Below, one piece after another: positions 1 to 11,868 of a DNA stretch of 64,000 nucleotides. Position 1 is the first letter of the stretch. Each line of letters begins with the position of its first letter. This DNA is from Vicugna vicugna (Eukaryota). The notes below the pieces were generated by a model. The model had not been told where the DNA came from. It made no database searches and saw only the letters and a list, made by a program, of their open reading frames with translations. A program made the position numbers and the translations under genes. The stretch spans positions 2,678,419 to 2,742,418 of the forward strand of contig MU058198.1 in NCBI GenBank assembly GCA_013265495.1. Reading direction: 5' to 3'.

Positions 1-631
1 GGAGCTAGTGGAGCAAGTAGGACCAGCAAGTGTCCAGAATAGGTTGTGGGCACAGCTGCCGGCCAGTCAGAGGCATCCCCAGTGCCTGACTCTGACCCCC
101 ATCCTCCCTGTGCATCTATTGCTGTTGGCCTTGGGGCAGGACTGCAAGATGGTCAGAATCCCTCTAGTCATCCTGTCCTTGTTTCCCCTCCCTCTGACTG
201 TGTGGGGTTTCTGTGAGGGCCCCCCCCTCCTCTATGGGAAGGCTTCCTGTAACAGAAGTCATGCTTCAGTTCAGGTCAGGTCTTTGTGGTTGACTAGAAG
301 GAGACATGCCTGGGGTGCGTGTTCCCCGGGTGAGTCTCTGGCTCATTCTGTCAGGGTAGGAGAGCTGGTCTTGGAGGCACAGGGCACTCTCTCCACGTCT
401 CCACTCAACCAGAGAGCAGGCTGGGGAGGAAGGATGGCAGGGGTCTTACCAGGCCAACCATGGGAGTAGGAGGCATCTGGGAAGTGGGAGGAACCAGAGC
501 ATCTCAATCAATAATCTGGAACTGACTGTAGCTTGTGAGTGGAATGGATGGTGTGGAAGTGGCGTGAAAGAGTGAAGGAGCACGAGGGGGAGCCACAAAG
601 AAACGCTCCCAGTGTAATGCGTTATCTAGGA

Positions 632-854
632 TAGGGACTGGCAAACTTGTTCTGTAAAGGGCCAGAGAGTAAATATTTTAGGCTCTGTGGGCCATACGGT
701 TTCAACTGCTCAGCTCAGCTCTGTCCTTGGAGCGTGAAAGCAGACATACGAGGTAAGGAGACAAATGGGCGTGGCTGGGTTTCAATAAAACGTTATTTAC
801 AAAAACAAGTCGTCTGTGGGGTTTTGCCCCTGGGCCATAGTTTGCAGACCCCTG
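632..854 (-). mobile_element. MER58A-like hAT-Charlie non-autonomous DNA transposon
   Basis: Terminal inverted repeats (tagggactggcaaac ... gtttgcagacccctg), internal 'gggccagagagtaaatattttaggc' and 'tttcaataaaacgttatttacaaaaac'; degenerate NTCTAGAN-type 8-bp target (atctagga / gtttagaa). Recalled consensus. Confidence 0.85.
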
Positions 855-889
855 GTTTAGAACTTGATTTTGCTGTAGACCCTTCTCTG

Positions 890-1005
890 CAGCTTCCTTG
901 TATGACATTAGCAAATTACGTTACTTCTTAACATTATTTCCTCATGTCTAGCATGGGGGTAACAATATGTCAATAGGATCGTTGTACACAGGAAGTGCTC
1001 AAGAA
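890..1005 (+). mobile_element. MIR SINE fragment
   Basis: Degenerate MIR core 'tgacattagcaaattac...tttcctcatgtctagcatgggggtaacaata'. Confidence 0.55.
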
Positions 1006-1724
1006 ATGAGAGCTTTCTTGTTGCTTTGTTGTTAGCGTCATCATTAAAAATACTGTCTTTCGTGAGGAGCAGAAGGCACTCAGGAAGGTCTCCCCACGAC
1101 AAACACTATCTCCCTCCTGGCTTAAAAATAACATCAGAACACTGATTCTATTTAACACTTCTGTCAGTAGGCATGAGTCTTTAACATTTTCAAAACTCTG
1201 TAACATCTGTTGGCAGGTCTTTGGATATACTTCACATCAAATCTGAATTCCGGAAGGATCCATGCTCATTTTTGTAACTTCAAATTGGAGGAAGAACTAA
1301 AGGTTTTCATGGAACTCAGACAGGTCAAGACTCCTTGGATGTTTAGGAGAGTAAGTCATCATCCCCATAAGTAACATTCTGACTTCTCAAGTGTCCATAA
1401 GGTGACCAGACCATCTTTCTGCACTTTGTCTAAATTTCCTTCTCTCTAGGTGGTCATTTGTTGCTGGACATTTAGGAAGACATACATTTTCCTTCTACCC
1501 CTCTTTGCTCTACCAGAGCATCCCCAAGTCCCTGCTCTGGGGACTCCTTCTATGGCAACGTTGTTTTGTCAGTGTCAGAAGCCAACATGTGGTCTCTGAA
1601 AAGCTGGCTCTAATTTGATCAAAGGGCCTCTGGCATTAAGACGTCCAGATTATTTTATTTGATTTTTTTTCAGAGCCAGTAAATCAGTGTCTGAAATAGG
1701 TTTTGCAGCCAACTCCTATCTGCA

Positions 1725-2740
1725 TCCCCACTGCCTTGCTGGAGGCCATCACCATCTCACTCCTGGATTATTGGACCTGCCTGCAGACTGGTCTCTATGC
1801 TCTGTTCTTACTGGTCCTCACCGCAGCATCCCCATCCATTTCTCCACACCGCAGCTAGAGTGATCTTGGAAAAATGCAGATCAGATTATTTTAAATCTTT
1901 TTAATGGCTTCCCATAAATCTTAGAATGAAACCCAAACTTACAGTGGTCTACGAGGGCCCCCAGCATCTGGCCCCTGCCCACCTCTCACCTTATCACGGA
2001 GTCTGGCCCACTAGGTACCAGCCACGCTGGTCACTCTTGTATTTTCTCAGATACACTAAACCCCTCCTACCTCAGGGGTCGGTACACGTGTTCCCTCTGT
2101 GAGAATACTTGTACTAGTTTCTTCTTGCTGGTGTAACAAATTACCACAAACGTAGTGGCTTAAAACAACACACATTTCTTATGTGGAGGTCATGAGTCCA
2201 AAATAGGTCTCACCACAGGTTCTAAGTGGAGAATATGTTGCTTTGCCTTTTCCAGAAGGAGAAGCTGCCTGTTTTCCCCGGCTTGCGGCCACGTCACTCT
2301 GACCTCTGTTTCCATTGTCACATCACCTCTGGTTCTCCTGCCTCCCACTTTCCCTTATAAGGACAGGTGATTACAGTGAGCTCAGCTGAATATATGGGAT
2401 AATCTCCCCAACTGACTGTCCTGAACTTAACCACATCGGCTAAGTGCCTTCTGCCATGGAAGGTAGCAGATTCATAGGGGCTGGGGATTGGGACATGGAT
2501 GTCTTTGTTATATTCTGCCAACCACGCCACCTTTCCTGATGGAACTGATCCCCTTCCATCCCTGGTCTTGAATTTAATGTACCTCCTCAGAGAGGCCTTT
2601 CTGCCCACCCCAGCTAGAGAGGATTCCCTAGATTTTGTCCCTCATAGCACCTTGTTACTCCTCTTTGTTGCAAATTCCTCAGTAAATATGCCCCTATTAT
2701 TTATGCCTTTTAAAATTCAGTGTTCTGTTCCTTAAAGTGG
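1725..2740 (+). mobile_element. L2 LINE 3' region, split by an MLT1 LTR at 2110-2526
   Basis: L2 hallmarks 'ttctccacaccgcagctagagtgatctt', 'aatggcttcccat', 'tgttccctctg'; resumes after the LTR with 'acctcctcagagaggcctttctg'. Confidence 0.8.
2110..2526 (-). mobile_element. MLT1 (MLT1D-like) MaLR solo LTR
   Basis: 'tgtactagtttc...tgtaacaaattaccacaaacgtagtggcttaaaacaacac' through 'ggacatggatgtcttt...attctgccaaccac'. Confidence 0.8.
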
Positions 2741-3193
2741 AAGGCATTCTTACAGCACAGAACTTAACAGCCTGCACTGCGTCCCCCTAAGATCCTCCAG
2801 CCAGAGGCACCCCCTTCTTCCCACTCATAAGCCCGGTCTTGCCCTGTCCTGGCCTCAGCTGAAATCCTGGAGAAGGAACAGGTAGAGATGATCATGGCTT
2901 CCCCTCAAATCAGGCTTGCCAACAGGCTCCCGTGTCCAGTTTGGTTGGGATGCCAGGGGCCCAGCCTCCTGACCTCTTTCCAGGGGAGCTCATGGGGGTT
3001 AAGATTCCAACGTGGAGGAGGTTAGCTCTCCCCCCTCTGTGGACACGATCTCCTTCACCAGTTAGAGAGCTACTGGCAGGACCTGTCCTCGTGTGAACCA
3101 GCAAATGGTCTGTCTGGTTGGAACGCCTTCATGCACGAAAATTTATGATATTAATCACAGCTCAGCGAGAACCTTTTCCAGCAGAAGGCTCTC

Positions 3194-3656
3194 TGTTTTA
3201 GGATGGGTTTCCCAGAAACAGACCCTGAGATGAGGCTGTGTGGAAAAGTGATTTATTCAAAGGAGTTGTCAGGGAACACTGGTAGGAGTGGGGACATGGG
3301 ATGGGGACTGGCAGAGGCCAGGAGTGTGTGGTGTCATCAAGCCAGGAGCCGTGGAGGGTCAGCAAGGTTCAGTCCCATAGGGGAGCCCTGGCAGCAGCAA
3401 GGTTACCCCTCAAAGTTGTTCCATCAAGACAGGAGATCTGGCCAATTTATGAGCCTGTACTTGGCACTAATTGCTTAAAGGCTTTCCCTTGACGGAAACA
3501 AATTCCACACACAGGCCAAGTGAGAGCAGTTCTTGACAATGAGATGCAGGTCCCTGGTTGAGTAAAAGCACACTTGGGGCTGCACACCTGTGCAGGTGTG
3601 TGGAAAAGGTGAAGGTATCTTAGGGCAGGTGGGTAGGGCACTGAGAGTCTGCTATG
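3194..3656 (-). mobile_element. LTR33-like ERVL solo LTR
   Basis: 'tgttttaggatgggtttcccagaaacagaccctgaga...gatttatt' and end 'gggcactgagagtctgctatg'. Confidence 0.65.
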
Positions 3657-3682
3657 TTCTCCTGCTCCAAGTGGCCCCTTTA

Positions 3683-4120
3683 GTTTATTCAACACATGTT
3701 TATCCATCTTCCACCCTTGGCCAGGCTCTGGGGATGCAGGTGACGAAGACATGGTCCCAGCCCTCATGAAATTTACAGTCAAGAAGAGGAGACAGACATT
3801 AAGTTTTTAAAAGGCCTACATCAATAAGAAATTGCAGTTGTGTTTAGTGCTGTGGATAAAAGGATTGTGCTTCCACCAGAGTAGACCTGGTCTCGTGAAT
3901 GGCCCGTGGAAGGCTTCTTTGAACAAGTAAGGTCAAGCTAAGAGCTGAAGGATGAAAAGATTGAGCCAGGCAAAAATGGGACAAAAGAACATTATAAGCC
4001 AAGGGAGCATGTGCAAGGGTCCTGAGGCAGGAAGCAGCAGGGGGAACTGAAAGAAAGCAAGTGTGGTGGGAGTTCCAAGAGCAAAAGAGAGAGTGGTAAG
4101 AGATGAGCCTATGGCCAATG
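3683..4120 (-). mobile_element. L2 LINE 3' end
   Basis: 'tttattcaacacatgtttat...ccaggctctggggatgcag...ggtcccagccctcatgaaatttacagtc' and 'agcatgtgcaagggtcctgaggcagga'. Confidence 0.8.
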
Positions 4121-4769
4121 GATGATCCTTTCCTGTTTATTTTCTTTTCAATTCTGTTCAATATCTTTCAGACTCTGATCTGTAGCCCATTCTATAGTAT
4201 GTTCTCTGGAAGCCGAGGGGAAATGGGGACATAAAGAGGATGTTAGGTGGGAGAGTCTATTTTCAACTGTTCATCTTTTCCCCACTGAAGCTTATAGCTG
4301 AAATTAATACATAAATTTACAGCCGCAAGTCAGTTGTGATAAATAATCCCAGAAGTGTTCCGATTATTTACATTTTTATGGAATCTTGCCTGAGCAAACC
4401 CAGAGAGCACACCAGGCACTTGAAGAATTATGTCTTGTTCAAAACCAATTTAATAGCAATGGAAAATAAAGCCATCTGTGGGAACTTGTAGAGCAGAGTA
4501 GTAATTCTCTGCCAGATGAGCAATATACAAAAAGCACCAAATCAGCCCAAGCACACCAGGCTCAAGGAAAAGTAACAACCACAACTTAAATGAACTGTCC
4601 GAGGATGTCATTTGGAGGCCTTGGAGTGTCTCTTGCTCCCAAGCTGTTTGCATGAGCATTCTGGTCACGTGGTGACGGGAGCGGAGTCCCTCATGATCGC
4701 CGCCTCTTTCGTGGGAGCCTGGACTCAAGACAGGTTGTGAGATAAGGGAAGAACGCTGGCTTAGCGGAG

Positions 4770-4880
4770 GGGTCAAGAGCATGAGTTTGGGGGCAGAGAG
4801 CTGAGGTTTGCAGGTGGGTTCTGCCACATCCTAGCTGTGCCATATCAGTCAAGTCAGGGTTCCTAATTTTCCTAACCAGA
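4770..4880 (+). mobile_element. MIR fragment
   Basis: 'ggtcaagagcatgagtttggggg...gggttctgccacatcctagctgtg'. Confidence 0.55.
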
Positions 4881-4974
4881 TAATACATGTGTGTGTTTTG
4901 CTCTCCCACCCCTGGGGTCCTTTCCCTCCACATTGATTATATCTTCTTCCTTTTTTTTTCTCTCATAGTTTATC

Positions 4975-6618
4975 ATTTTTTTAAAAGGCTTTATCGAGGT
5001 ACTGTTTATAGACATTAAACTTCACCGATTTTATGGTAAATTTTATTGTACCTAAATGACAGTATTTTTTAATGAAAAAAATTATGAAGGATACAGACAA
5101 AAGTGTTATCTAAAACAACATGGATCCCATTTCCACAACTGGTTCTGTTATTTCACATGAATGGTCATCATTTTCTACATTTGCTTCAGTTTTGACTCTC
5201 TATTCCGGGTTCCATAATTACCCGATTTTTGTACGTGAAGATGGTTTTTGTGATATATCTATGTAATTATTTTTAGATATGACTTGACAAAAATTTATTA
5301 AAAATATTTTTACCATACTAAAAAGCATTTACCTATTTTAAACGTACAGTACGATGAGTTTTCAGCAAATTTATATAATTGTGCAATTATCTCCACAACC
5401 GAATTTTAGAATCTTTCCATCACTCCCCAGAGCTTCCTCATTCCCATTTATAATCGATCTCTGCTCCCACCTCCAGCTCTAAGTATCCACTGATAACGTT
5501 TTCCATCTCTATGGCTTGCCTTTTCTGGAAATTCCATGTAAATAGAATTGTATAATACGTAGTCCATGTGTCTGGCTTTTTTTTTTTAACTTAGCATTAT
5601 GTTTCTGAGATCTATCCATGTCATTGCATGTATCAATATTTTGTTCCTTTTTATTGCTGGAATATCGCATTTTGTTTGCCTATTCATAAGGAATAGCTAT
5701 TTGGATTGTCCAGTTTGGGGCTATTATGAATTGCTATTGGCTGTTGGCTGTTTTTCAGCAATTACGTAGATGTCTTTATGTGGACACATAATTTCCATTT
5801 CTTGTGAGCAGGTATCCAGGAGTGGAACTGTTGGGTTGTAAGGTAAGTGACCTTTTAAGAAAAAACTACCAAATGGTTTTCCGAAGTGGTTGTACCGTCT
5901 TACATTCCCACCATCAATATGAGGATCGCAGTTGCTCTGTATTCTCACCAACGCTTGATTTGTCCGTCTTTTTTTTATTTAGCCATTCTATAGGGTATGT
6001 TGTAGCGTCTGGGGGTTAAAATGTGCATCTCTGTCACGGCTAATGGTGTTGAGCATCTTTCCATACACTGATCATCCATTGGTGTATCTTTTTTTGGTGG
6101 AGTGTTTATTCAAATCTTTTGCTCATTAAAAAAAAAATTGGATTGTCTTCGTCCTATTGAGTGGTATACATTCATTATTCTGGGTACAAGTCCTTTATCA
6201 GATGTGTCTTGCAAATATCTTCTTCTAGTCTGTGGCTTTTCTTTTCGTTTTTTCTTAATGGTGTCTTTTAAAGAGCAAAAGTTTAAAATTTTGATGAAGT
6301 CTAATCTGTCAATTTTTTCCTTTATGACTTGTACTTTTAATGTCATATCTAAGAAATGTTTGCCTAGCCCAAGGTCACAAAAGCCATCTCTCACATTTTC
6401 TTCTAGAAATTTTAGCTCTTACGTTTAGATTATGATCCATCTTGAGTTCATGTTTGCGTGTGGTGTGAAGTAAAGGTCTAAGTTCATTTTTTAACATAAG
6501 GGTTTCCAATTGTTCTTGTACCATTTGTTGGAAAATTATCCTTTCCTCATTGAATTACTTTGGCCCCTTGTTGAAAATCATTTGACCGTTTCTATGTGGG
6601 TTTATTTCTAGACTCTCT
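4975..6618 (-). mobile_element. Old L1 (L1MB-like) 3' UTR plus ORF2 C-terminal remnant, interrupted by a ~295-bp insert at 5034-5327
   Basis: ORF 6110-6394(-) 'DLGLGKHFLDMTLKVQVIKEKIDRLDFIKILNFCSLKDTIK' is typical L1 ORF2 C-terminus; typical 3' UTR 'ccatgtcattgcatgtatcaat', 'tacattcccaccatcaat'. Confidence 0.9.
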
Positions 6619-6811
6619 TAGTTTTCTTTTGAAGAATAACCTTTCTCCCATGGATGCAAGTTCATGAGACAGTAATGGAGAGGGCACAAGAACCAAGTGC
6701 TTTCTACCTAGGATATGAATGCTGAGCAGCAAGACAAAGTGACTGATAATGGGCGGGGTTAGATTTAGTTATAATGGTGGTTTCCTACCCAGACTCACTC
6801 CACAAAACTCT

Positions 6812-7070
6812 CAATAATAAGAACTAACACCCATGTAGCACTTACTAAGTGCCCAGCCCTGTGCTTAACTCTAATTATATAAACTCACATAATACAACAA
6901 AATCATCAGACACATGCTATTATTATACTCATTTTCTAGGTGAGAAGACCAAAGCATGCAGAATCTCAGAATCTCTAACTTACCCAACCTCAGACCTGGT
7001 AAGTAGCGGAGGTTATGACTGGAACCCCGGGAGTCTGATTCCAGAGACCAGATTTTAAAAATACATCAGG
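6812..7070 (-). mobile_element. MIR SINE
   Basis: 'agcacttactaagtgcccagccctgtgct...cattttctaggtgagaagacc...gaaccccgggagtctgattccagag'. Confidence 0.75.
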
Positions 7071-7519
7071 CTGTCCTCTCCTGGCTGTCCTTCCTCTTTT
7101 CTAGTCTGTCGAGGTGCCTTGGTCCCTGCCTCCTCCCAGGCCTGACTGTAGTCTGGAGGCTACCTTTGAGAGTCTGCTTCCCATTTCCTTCCAGGAAATT
7201 TTCTGTGGCTTAAGTTATCTACAGTCAGTTTCTATTTCTTGCAATCAAAGTTCCCTAACAAGCCCAATTCACAAGGTCATTGTGAGGACTGGAGGAAGAT
7301 AATGCTATGTACCTAGCACATAGCACCTCAGCAGATCATAGAGATGATGATTAAGTTGGAGATGATGATGGAGAAAAGGATGACAGTATAAAAATCTATG
7401 TCTTGTCAAGCGCTAAGCCTAGGGAGCCAAACCCAGGGATGAAAAGCAAGAGAGAGGATGTCTTACTTGCACTTGCCCTTGTGGCGGGTCCATTTGGTGG
7501 CCTTTTTTCTGCGAGCACC

Positions 7520-7698
7520 CGCCACTGGAGTCTCTCTCCTTATAAGGACACCAGTCCTGTTGGATTAGAACCCCACCCTTATGACCTCATTTAACCTTAG
7601 TTACCTCTTTAAGGGCCCTATCTCCAACTACAGTCACATTGAGGGGGGTTAAATCTTCAACATATGAATTTTGGTGGGGACAAATTCAGTCCATGACA
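7520..7698 (-). mobile_element. MLT1A/B-type MaLR LTR fragment
   Basis: 'cttataaggacaccagtcctgttggattaga...atgacctcatttaacctt...acatatgaatttt...aattcagtccatgaca'. Confidence 0.8.
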
Positions 7699-7787
7699 AA
7701 TGGCTATCATTTTATGAAACTTATCTCCTGGGCCCTGTGCTAAGTAATTCCCATGCGATCTTTCATTTCATCCCCATACCATTTCAA

Positions 7788-7950
7788 TCTTGGACGACTA
7801 ACTTAACTGCTCTGTGCCTCAGTTTCCTCATCTGCAAAATGGGGATAATCACAGTACTTGCCTTACAGTGTGGTTATGAGTGTTAAATGAATTAATAGGT
7901 GAAAAGCATTTAGAAGAGTGTTTGGTATAGAGTGTTTGCTAAATATATAA
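7788..7950 (+). mobile_element. MIR SINE
   Basis: Well-preserved core 'tctgtgcctcagtttcctcatctgcaaaatggggataat'. Confidence 0.85.
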
Positions 7951-8399
7951 GTAAACCCTCTGTATGATGTAGGTAGAATTCATACCCTTATTTTATAGAT
8001 GAGAAAACCACGACCTCCCAGGAATAGAGGTTGGCTGGCAGAAATGCTTGAATTCAGTGCTGCTGTAATCGCAGCACTGTCACCTTGGGGGTCCTAGAGT
8101 TGTGGTAGATTTTGGTGTGTTTCTCAAGGGAAAAGAGCCTGGCCAGTCTCGCAGCTGGAGAGCAGGGCTTATCAAAAAGCAGTTGCTGGCTGCCAGGCCT
8201 GTCTTCACCACAATGCGCTGCTTCCAATGCTCAGCAGGGAATTTTTCAGGTGACACAAAGTGGGCGTACAGAACAGAGGTATACAGGGGTGCGATTGGAG
8301 AAAGCAGAAAGTCTAGTGGTGCTGAAGCAGAGGGGGCCTGGAGGGGACAAGGGGTGCATGAGTGCCGGACTAGAGGTTGCTGGGACTCGTATATCCTGT

Positions 8400-8830
8400 C
8401 TGTAGACACAGGGACATATGGGAGGTCTTTAAGCAGAATCTCTTCATCAGTATCAAGCCACAAAAATGGATTTTGGCCAACTTGGCCTAAAAAAATAAAA
8501 ATCTATTAAAATAGAAACAGAGGTCAAATAATCATACCTTTGAAAGTTGCCCCAAAGGTCTAGGCAACAGGAGCCAACAGAAACCCCTCAAGACATTGTC
8601 ATTATTTTTCCTTCTCTGTAGGACCCCTTCCAGGCACATTCCAGGGAGAAATAAACTGATTGGCTTAGCCTGGGTCACATGATTGACACCTGGAGGTGGG
8701 GGAAACCTCTTGATCGACAGTCCCAGCAGACCATCCCCAGTGTGGGAGTGGAGGGTCCCAAGTAAAAGTGGGTGCTGTTACCTCAGGGACTTGTTGAAAA
8801 CATAAGAGGAGACGCTGGAAGCAAACTTCT
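8400..8830 (-). mobile_element. Old MLT1 (J/K/L-type) LTR remnant
   Basis: 'ctgattggcttagcctgggtcacatg' and 'aaaagtgggtgctgttacc'; boundaries uncertain. Confidence 0.45.
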
Positions 8831-9117
8831 ACTGAGAGAACAGACCCGAGAACCAAACCAGAAAAGGGTGCTTTTGTTAATTTTTCCCCGGCTAATCTGC
8901 AATTCTGTGTGCAATGCAGCTGCGCTGAAAATCTGCCCCAAGCCTAATTTTAGGTTGCAATTTTAGGGATAAATATAGGTGTTTTTCAATAGTTAAAATA
9001 ATTCTAATTGTAGGCAACCAGATACCTTTCTATCCACTATAGAAACAGAATGTGTTTTATGGAGAAATGTATTTACTGATTTTTTTCAAGTAGCTAATCC
9101 TTGAGTAATATTCCTAT

Positions 9118-9737
9118 TGAGACAGGAGGGAAGGGGGCAGGGCTCAACTGTTAAAAGAATGAGACAGCTATTAGCAGCAAGATGGTGAAAGATTCAACTT
9201 CCAGTAAACCTTGAGCTCCAATATACACTCATTGAAATACAATGGGATGCTGAATGGTGCTCCCTCAGGCGCCAGGACAGTTTCAAGGCTGACCAGAAAA
9301 AGTCAAAGGGTGGGTCATGGTCCAGTTCCTGGGAATCCCAGCCCCTTCTCCAAAGTAGCTGGAATAATCCTCCTACTTGTTAGCATGTGAGGTTACGGAG
9401 CCCATAAAAAACTAGCAACACCTCGCCTCGGGGCTGCTCCCGCTTCGGAGTGAGACCGCCCGCGCTCTTGTCTGTGGAGTGTGTATCTGCTTCTGCTTTA
9501 AACTGAGCCCCCAGCCCTTATACCTTGTGGCCTTCCTCTTGCCTTCTAAAACACACTGCACTCTGTCTACGGAGTATGTATCTGTCTGAATAAACCTAGC
9601 TTTATTCAACGGTGGCTCGCTCCTGAATTCTTTCCTGTGTGAAGCCAAGGACCCACACTTGGTGGCTGCGTCCCAGGGACTCAACCGAGACCTGGGACAT
9701 GGCCACCTTCTCTCCCCACTTTCTTTTTCCTGTATCA
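9118..9737 (+). mobile_element. ERV1-class solo LTR (MER41-like), relatively young
   Basis: TG...CA termini with a perfect 4-bp TSD CTAT (9114-9117 / 9738-9741); TATA-like cccataaaaa ~9401, AATAAA 9589-9594, U5-like 'tgaattctttcctgtgtgaagccaaggaccca'. Confidence 0.88.
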
Positions 9738-10078
9738 CTATGGTTCAAAAACCAGGATGACGTAAAAGTGCATACATGTGAAAGTCTCATTCTTACTCCC
9801 AGGCCTAGAGAAAAGCATTTATTTATTCCTTGTGTACCCTCTTTTTTTTTTTTTAAATTCTATTACAAATACAGATGAGTGTGTATGGGAAAGACTTGTC
9901 CTGGGTTTCCTTTCTGGAGGGTGTTGGGGGCCCCAGGAGGCCTGGGCAAGCTGGAGGTCTATGTTATCAGCCTGGCTCCAGCAGTGGGAGTCTCCCTCAA
10001 CCTGAAGTTTTTTGTGGGGACCTGGGCTCCTAGGTCCTCTCTGCTCCCCTTCATTTCCCTGGGCAAGTCCAAGGTTTC

Positions 10079-10635
10079 TGTTATGGGCACAACGCGGTGG
10101 GCCACTGGCACCTGGTTGGTAAAGAATTACCAGAGACGAAGAAAAGTTTAGGAAAATGTAATAGGTACACTTCTACAGGGAGCAGCGGGCCACACAGGCG
10201 AGAGGTGCCTGCGTAAGCGCCGAGGGTGGGTGTGCAGGGTCTTTTACTGGGGGGAGGAGGCTGTGCACATAAGGAGGAGGGGCTGGTGATCAGTGCATGC
10301 ACAGGTACCTGATTGGTTGTGAGATCTGTCGGGACTTCTCTGAACAACAGGATGTACGACTTTGATAAGGGCAGGATGTGAACCCTGTCCACCCAGGGTA
10401 TTGTGAGCCGGGCTACCTCCTGGGGCAATCAGTTTTGTTAGGGTAAACACACATCTAGAGATTTTTTTATATCGTGCAGAAATGCAGGGATGTGAAGGGC
10501 CCTGCAGTGGGGAGTAGGGGTTAAGGTATCCGTAGGCTCCAAACACGCAGAGAGCCCTGGGGCAGGGGGTTGAAAGTCCAGAGAATGCCAGCCGGCGCTG
10601 CAGTTTCCGGGCCTGGGGATGAACACCCTATTTCA
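10079..10635 (-). mobile_element. Probable lineage-specific ERV solo LTR
   Basis: Begins tgttatggg and ends ccctatttca (TG..CA); CpG-retaining and GC-rich, CCAAT box on the minus strand (ctgattggtt ~10310). No clean TSD, so ends are uncertain. Confidence 0.55.
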
Positions 10636-10713
10636 GTGGAGCGCTCCAGCTCACTGGGACTGGGGAATCCCGGAGATCAGCCCAGTTTTCACATTCTTCC
10701 AGGTTCTCTCAGG

Positions 10714-10929
10714 CAGAGGTCAGCAAACTACAGCCTGAAGGCCAGTCCCATTGGCCATTTATTTTTGTAAATAAAGATTTACTGGGACACAGTCACACCC
10801 ACTTGTTACGTATCATCTGTGGCTGATTTTGCTTTACAACAGCAGAGCTGAGTAACATAGGTGGGATGGCTTTCAAAGCCACACGTATTTTCTATCTGGT
10901 TCTTAACAGAAGACTTTTGCCAGCTGTGC
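10714..10929 (+). mobile_element. MER58A-like hAT-Charlie element
   Basis: 'cagaggtcagcaaactacagcc...tttgtaaataaagatttactgggacacagtcacacc...ttttgccagctgtg' followed by ctctagga target-like sequence. Confidence 0.8.
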
Positions 10930-11049
10930 TCTAGGAGCTGAAAAGGTCGTGAGTGGTGCCCGCAGTGCTTCCCAGGGGTTAGGGAAACTCTCAGTGGCCC
11001 CAGGTGAGGAGGCCACCACTTCAGAGAAGGAGCGGCTGCAGTCAAGAAG

Positions 11050-11868
11050 TCCGGGGGTCACCCTGGTCCCCACTTCCTCTCATCCTACCCCCACCGCACA
11101 TTCCACTCCGTATCATGCCTGTTGATTTTCCCCTCAAAATGTTCCTTCATTCTGTCCACTCTCTCCATCTCCAGCAGCATCATTGCTTCATCTCCCGGCT
11201 GGACCACTGCATCCCCTCCTAAGGCTTCCTCTTCTTCCTGCTTTCACTGCAAAGCTGTTTCCATCTGTTCTTCCCAGAGCAGCCCAAGTGAGCTTTGTAA
11301 CACGAAGATCTGATCAGGTCACTCTCCTGCTTAAAATCCTACAATGGCTTCCCATCGTTCTTAGCATAATGACCCAAATCCACCGTCTGGCCTCTGCCTG
11401 CCTCTCCGCAGCCCTCTTGAGCCAGGCTCCCCACCTCTCTCTGCTCTCTGGTCACACAAGGCAGAGCCGTGCTCCCTCTAAGACAGGGGTTTCGCAGACA
11501 CTACCTCTCTGCCCCAATGCTCCCAGCCTCCCTGCTTTTCCAAAGAACTCCTCATCCTTCAGGTGTTAACTTGATCATCGCTTCTTCAGAGCATCTCTTT
11601 TCACCTCTCTCACTGGGCAAAGCCCCTCATTACAGGCTCCTGCAGACCTGTCCTTACCCCCACATACCATTTTGTCTTGTGATAGCTGCAATTCTACATT
11701 TATCTGTGTGGAGTTCTGTTTTTGAGGGGTGGGGGGAGCTCTGCCTTTTCTATGAGAGGAGGGACCACATCTGACTTTGCTGACCACGGTGTCCCCAGTG
11801 CCTAGCACATAGTGCCTGGCACATGGTAGACCCTCAATAAATATTTAATCAAATAGATAAAGAATGAG
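11050..11868 (+). mobile_element. L2 LINE 3' portion with terminus
   Basis: 'tctgatcaggtcactctcctgcttaaaatcctacaatggcttcccat' and terminal 'gtgcctggcacatggtagaccctcaataaatattt'. Confidence 0.85.

Noticed and set aside
8..469. 153-aa ORF at the window start
   Set aside because: GTG start, no recognisable domain or exon structure; consistent with a chance ORF in GC-rich DNA.
6110..6394. ORF with recognisable protein similarity
   Set aside because: It is a decayed L1 ORF2 C-terminal fragment within a repeat, not a host gene.
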